From the human T2T-CHM13v2.0 reference genome, Homo sapiens, in NCBI RefSeq assembly GCF_009914755.1, contig NC_060939.1: 64,000 nucleotides of DNA; one strand, written 5' to 3'. Each line of letters starts with the position of its first letter. Position 1 is the first letter of the stretch. The notes beneath the pieces were generated by a model. It was not told the origin of the DNA. It saw only the letters and a list, made by a program, of their open reading frames with translations, and searched no databases. Below are positions 51,059 to 64,000 of this stretch, piece after piece. The translations under genes were made by a program, and so were the position numbers.

Positions 51059-51791
51059 CTGCGAAAGAAGGAAAATGGGCTAACAACCAATATTTTATTA
51101 CTTTAAGAACAAAAAATATTCAGAGTTTACCCTGCAATAGCACTCTCCACTCCCAAACTATCTGACAAAGCTAATGTCAACTGCTTCTAAACCACCTGCT
51201 CAGAGCTGTCCCAAACAAAAAAAGCTTTCCTATGTCATGCTGCTTCATTGAAATACACCGTGCACAGAATCCTACATATGAACCCATCAGCTTAACTGAC
51301 TTGACATATATGGTGCATTTTTCTTTACACCAGTTGAATTTTCTATCCTCAGTTATCTGAGAAGCTGTGATACCTTTCAATGGCATTCTACTAACTATAT
51401 ATATAGACACCTGATAGCTAAGTACAAGATCTGTACCTCCCACAAAGCCTTTCCTATGTTCTTCTCTTCAACAAGCATTCTCTGAAATAAAAATCCTCAC
51501 ACTTTAATCTTCATCTTACAATCCATCAGGTGGTTGATTACATATTGCCTTGTACTCTGTCTCTAGTACACCTTGCCTCTTCATAGAGAAGAAATTCTTT
51601 AAATACAGTGACTACTTTTATGCTAATTATTTATTTCTCCAAAAGCCTAAATATAAAGAGTGCTGGCCACTTAACATAATAACTGATTTAAGGCATGCAG
51701 AAATTACTGCAGAGTGAAAACTGTTAATAGCTTTCCGACAAACTACAGACCTTCTTTGCCCATCTTCAAAACTTTGCAACCTGGTAGTTAG

Positions 51792-63773
<11,982 letters not shown>

Positions 63774-64000
63774 AAAATAATCTTATCACTTTGTAAAATG
63801 GCAGAGAAAACATCTCTGCCATTTTAGAACTCTGCCATTTTAGAAGGCTAGAACTGAGTTGGTATGACGCATTTAAGCAAAACTGGCTCTAAAGATGATC
63901 AGTAGCGCTTGGAATTTGAGACAAGAGCATTCTTTAATAAGTAAACTGGGTTCAAAATCTCTCATATTAAAAATAATAAAAATAAAATAATTGAATCAAT

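Noticed and set aside
63888-63899. tctaaagatgat, similar to the 61324 insert
   Set aside because: A 12-nt match is plausible by chance; 59791-59810 explains the insert better.

Overview
Primate (human-like) genomic DNA, very Alu-rich. The main feature is the minus-strand gene SLTM (SAFB-like transcription modulator). I traced 19 coding exons with GT-AG boundaries (conventional exons 3-21, 51058 down to the TGA at 14041), followed by a ~0.95 kb 3'UTR ending near an AATAAA at 13107-13112. The exons total 2855 nt and keep one open frame: acidic region, RRM, Lys/Ser-rich linker, Arg/Glu coiled coil, Arg/Gly-rich tail. Exons 1-2 (SAP domain) lie beyond the right edge. The first ~13 kb is intergenic, with a disabled RPL21 processed pseudogene nested in an old L1, plus MaLR LTRs, MER elements and Alus. 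Most ORFs in the supplied track are Alu-derived or antisense shadows. I found no new protein-coding system. The best leads are: (i) several short locally templated insertion or fold-back scars; (ii) candidate poison exons in SLTM introns 6 and 19, and a consensus 5' splice site pair in a 3'UTR hairpin, which together suggest splicing/NMD/3'-end autoregulation; (iii) an 18S rRNA-derived insert in intron 5. Repeat subfamily names and repeat edges were judged by eye and are approximate.
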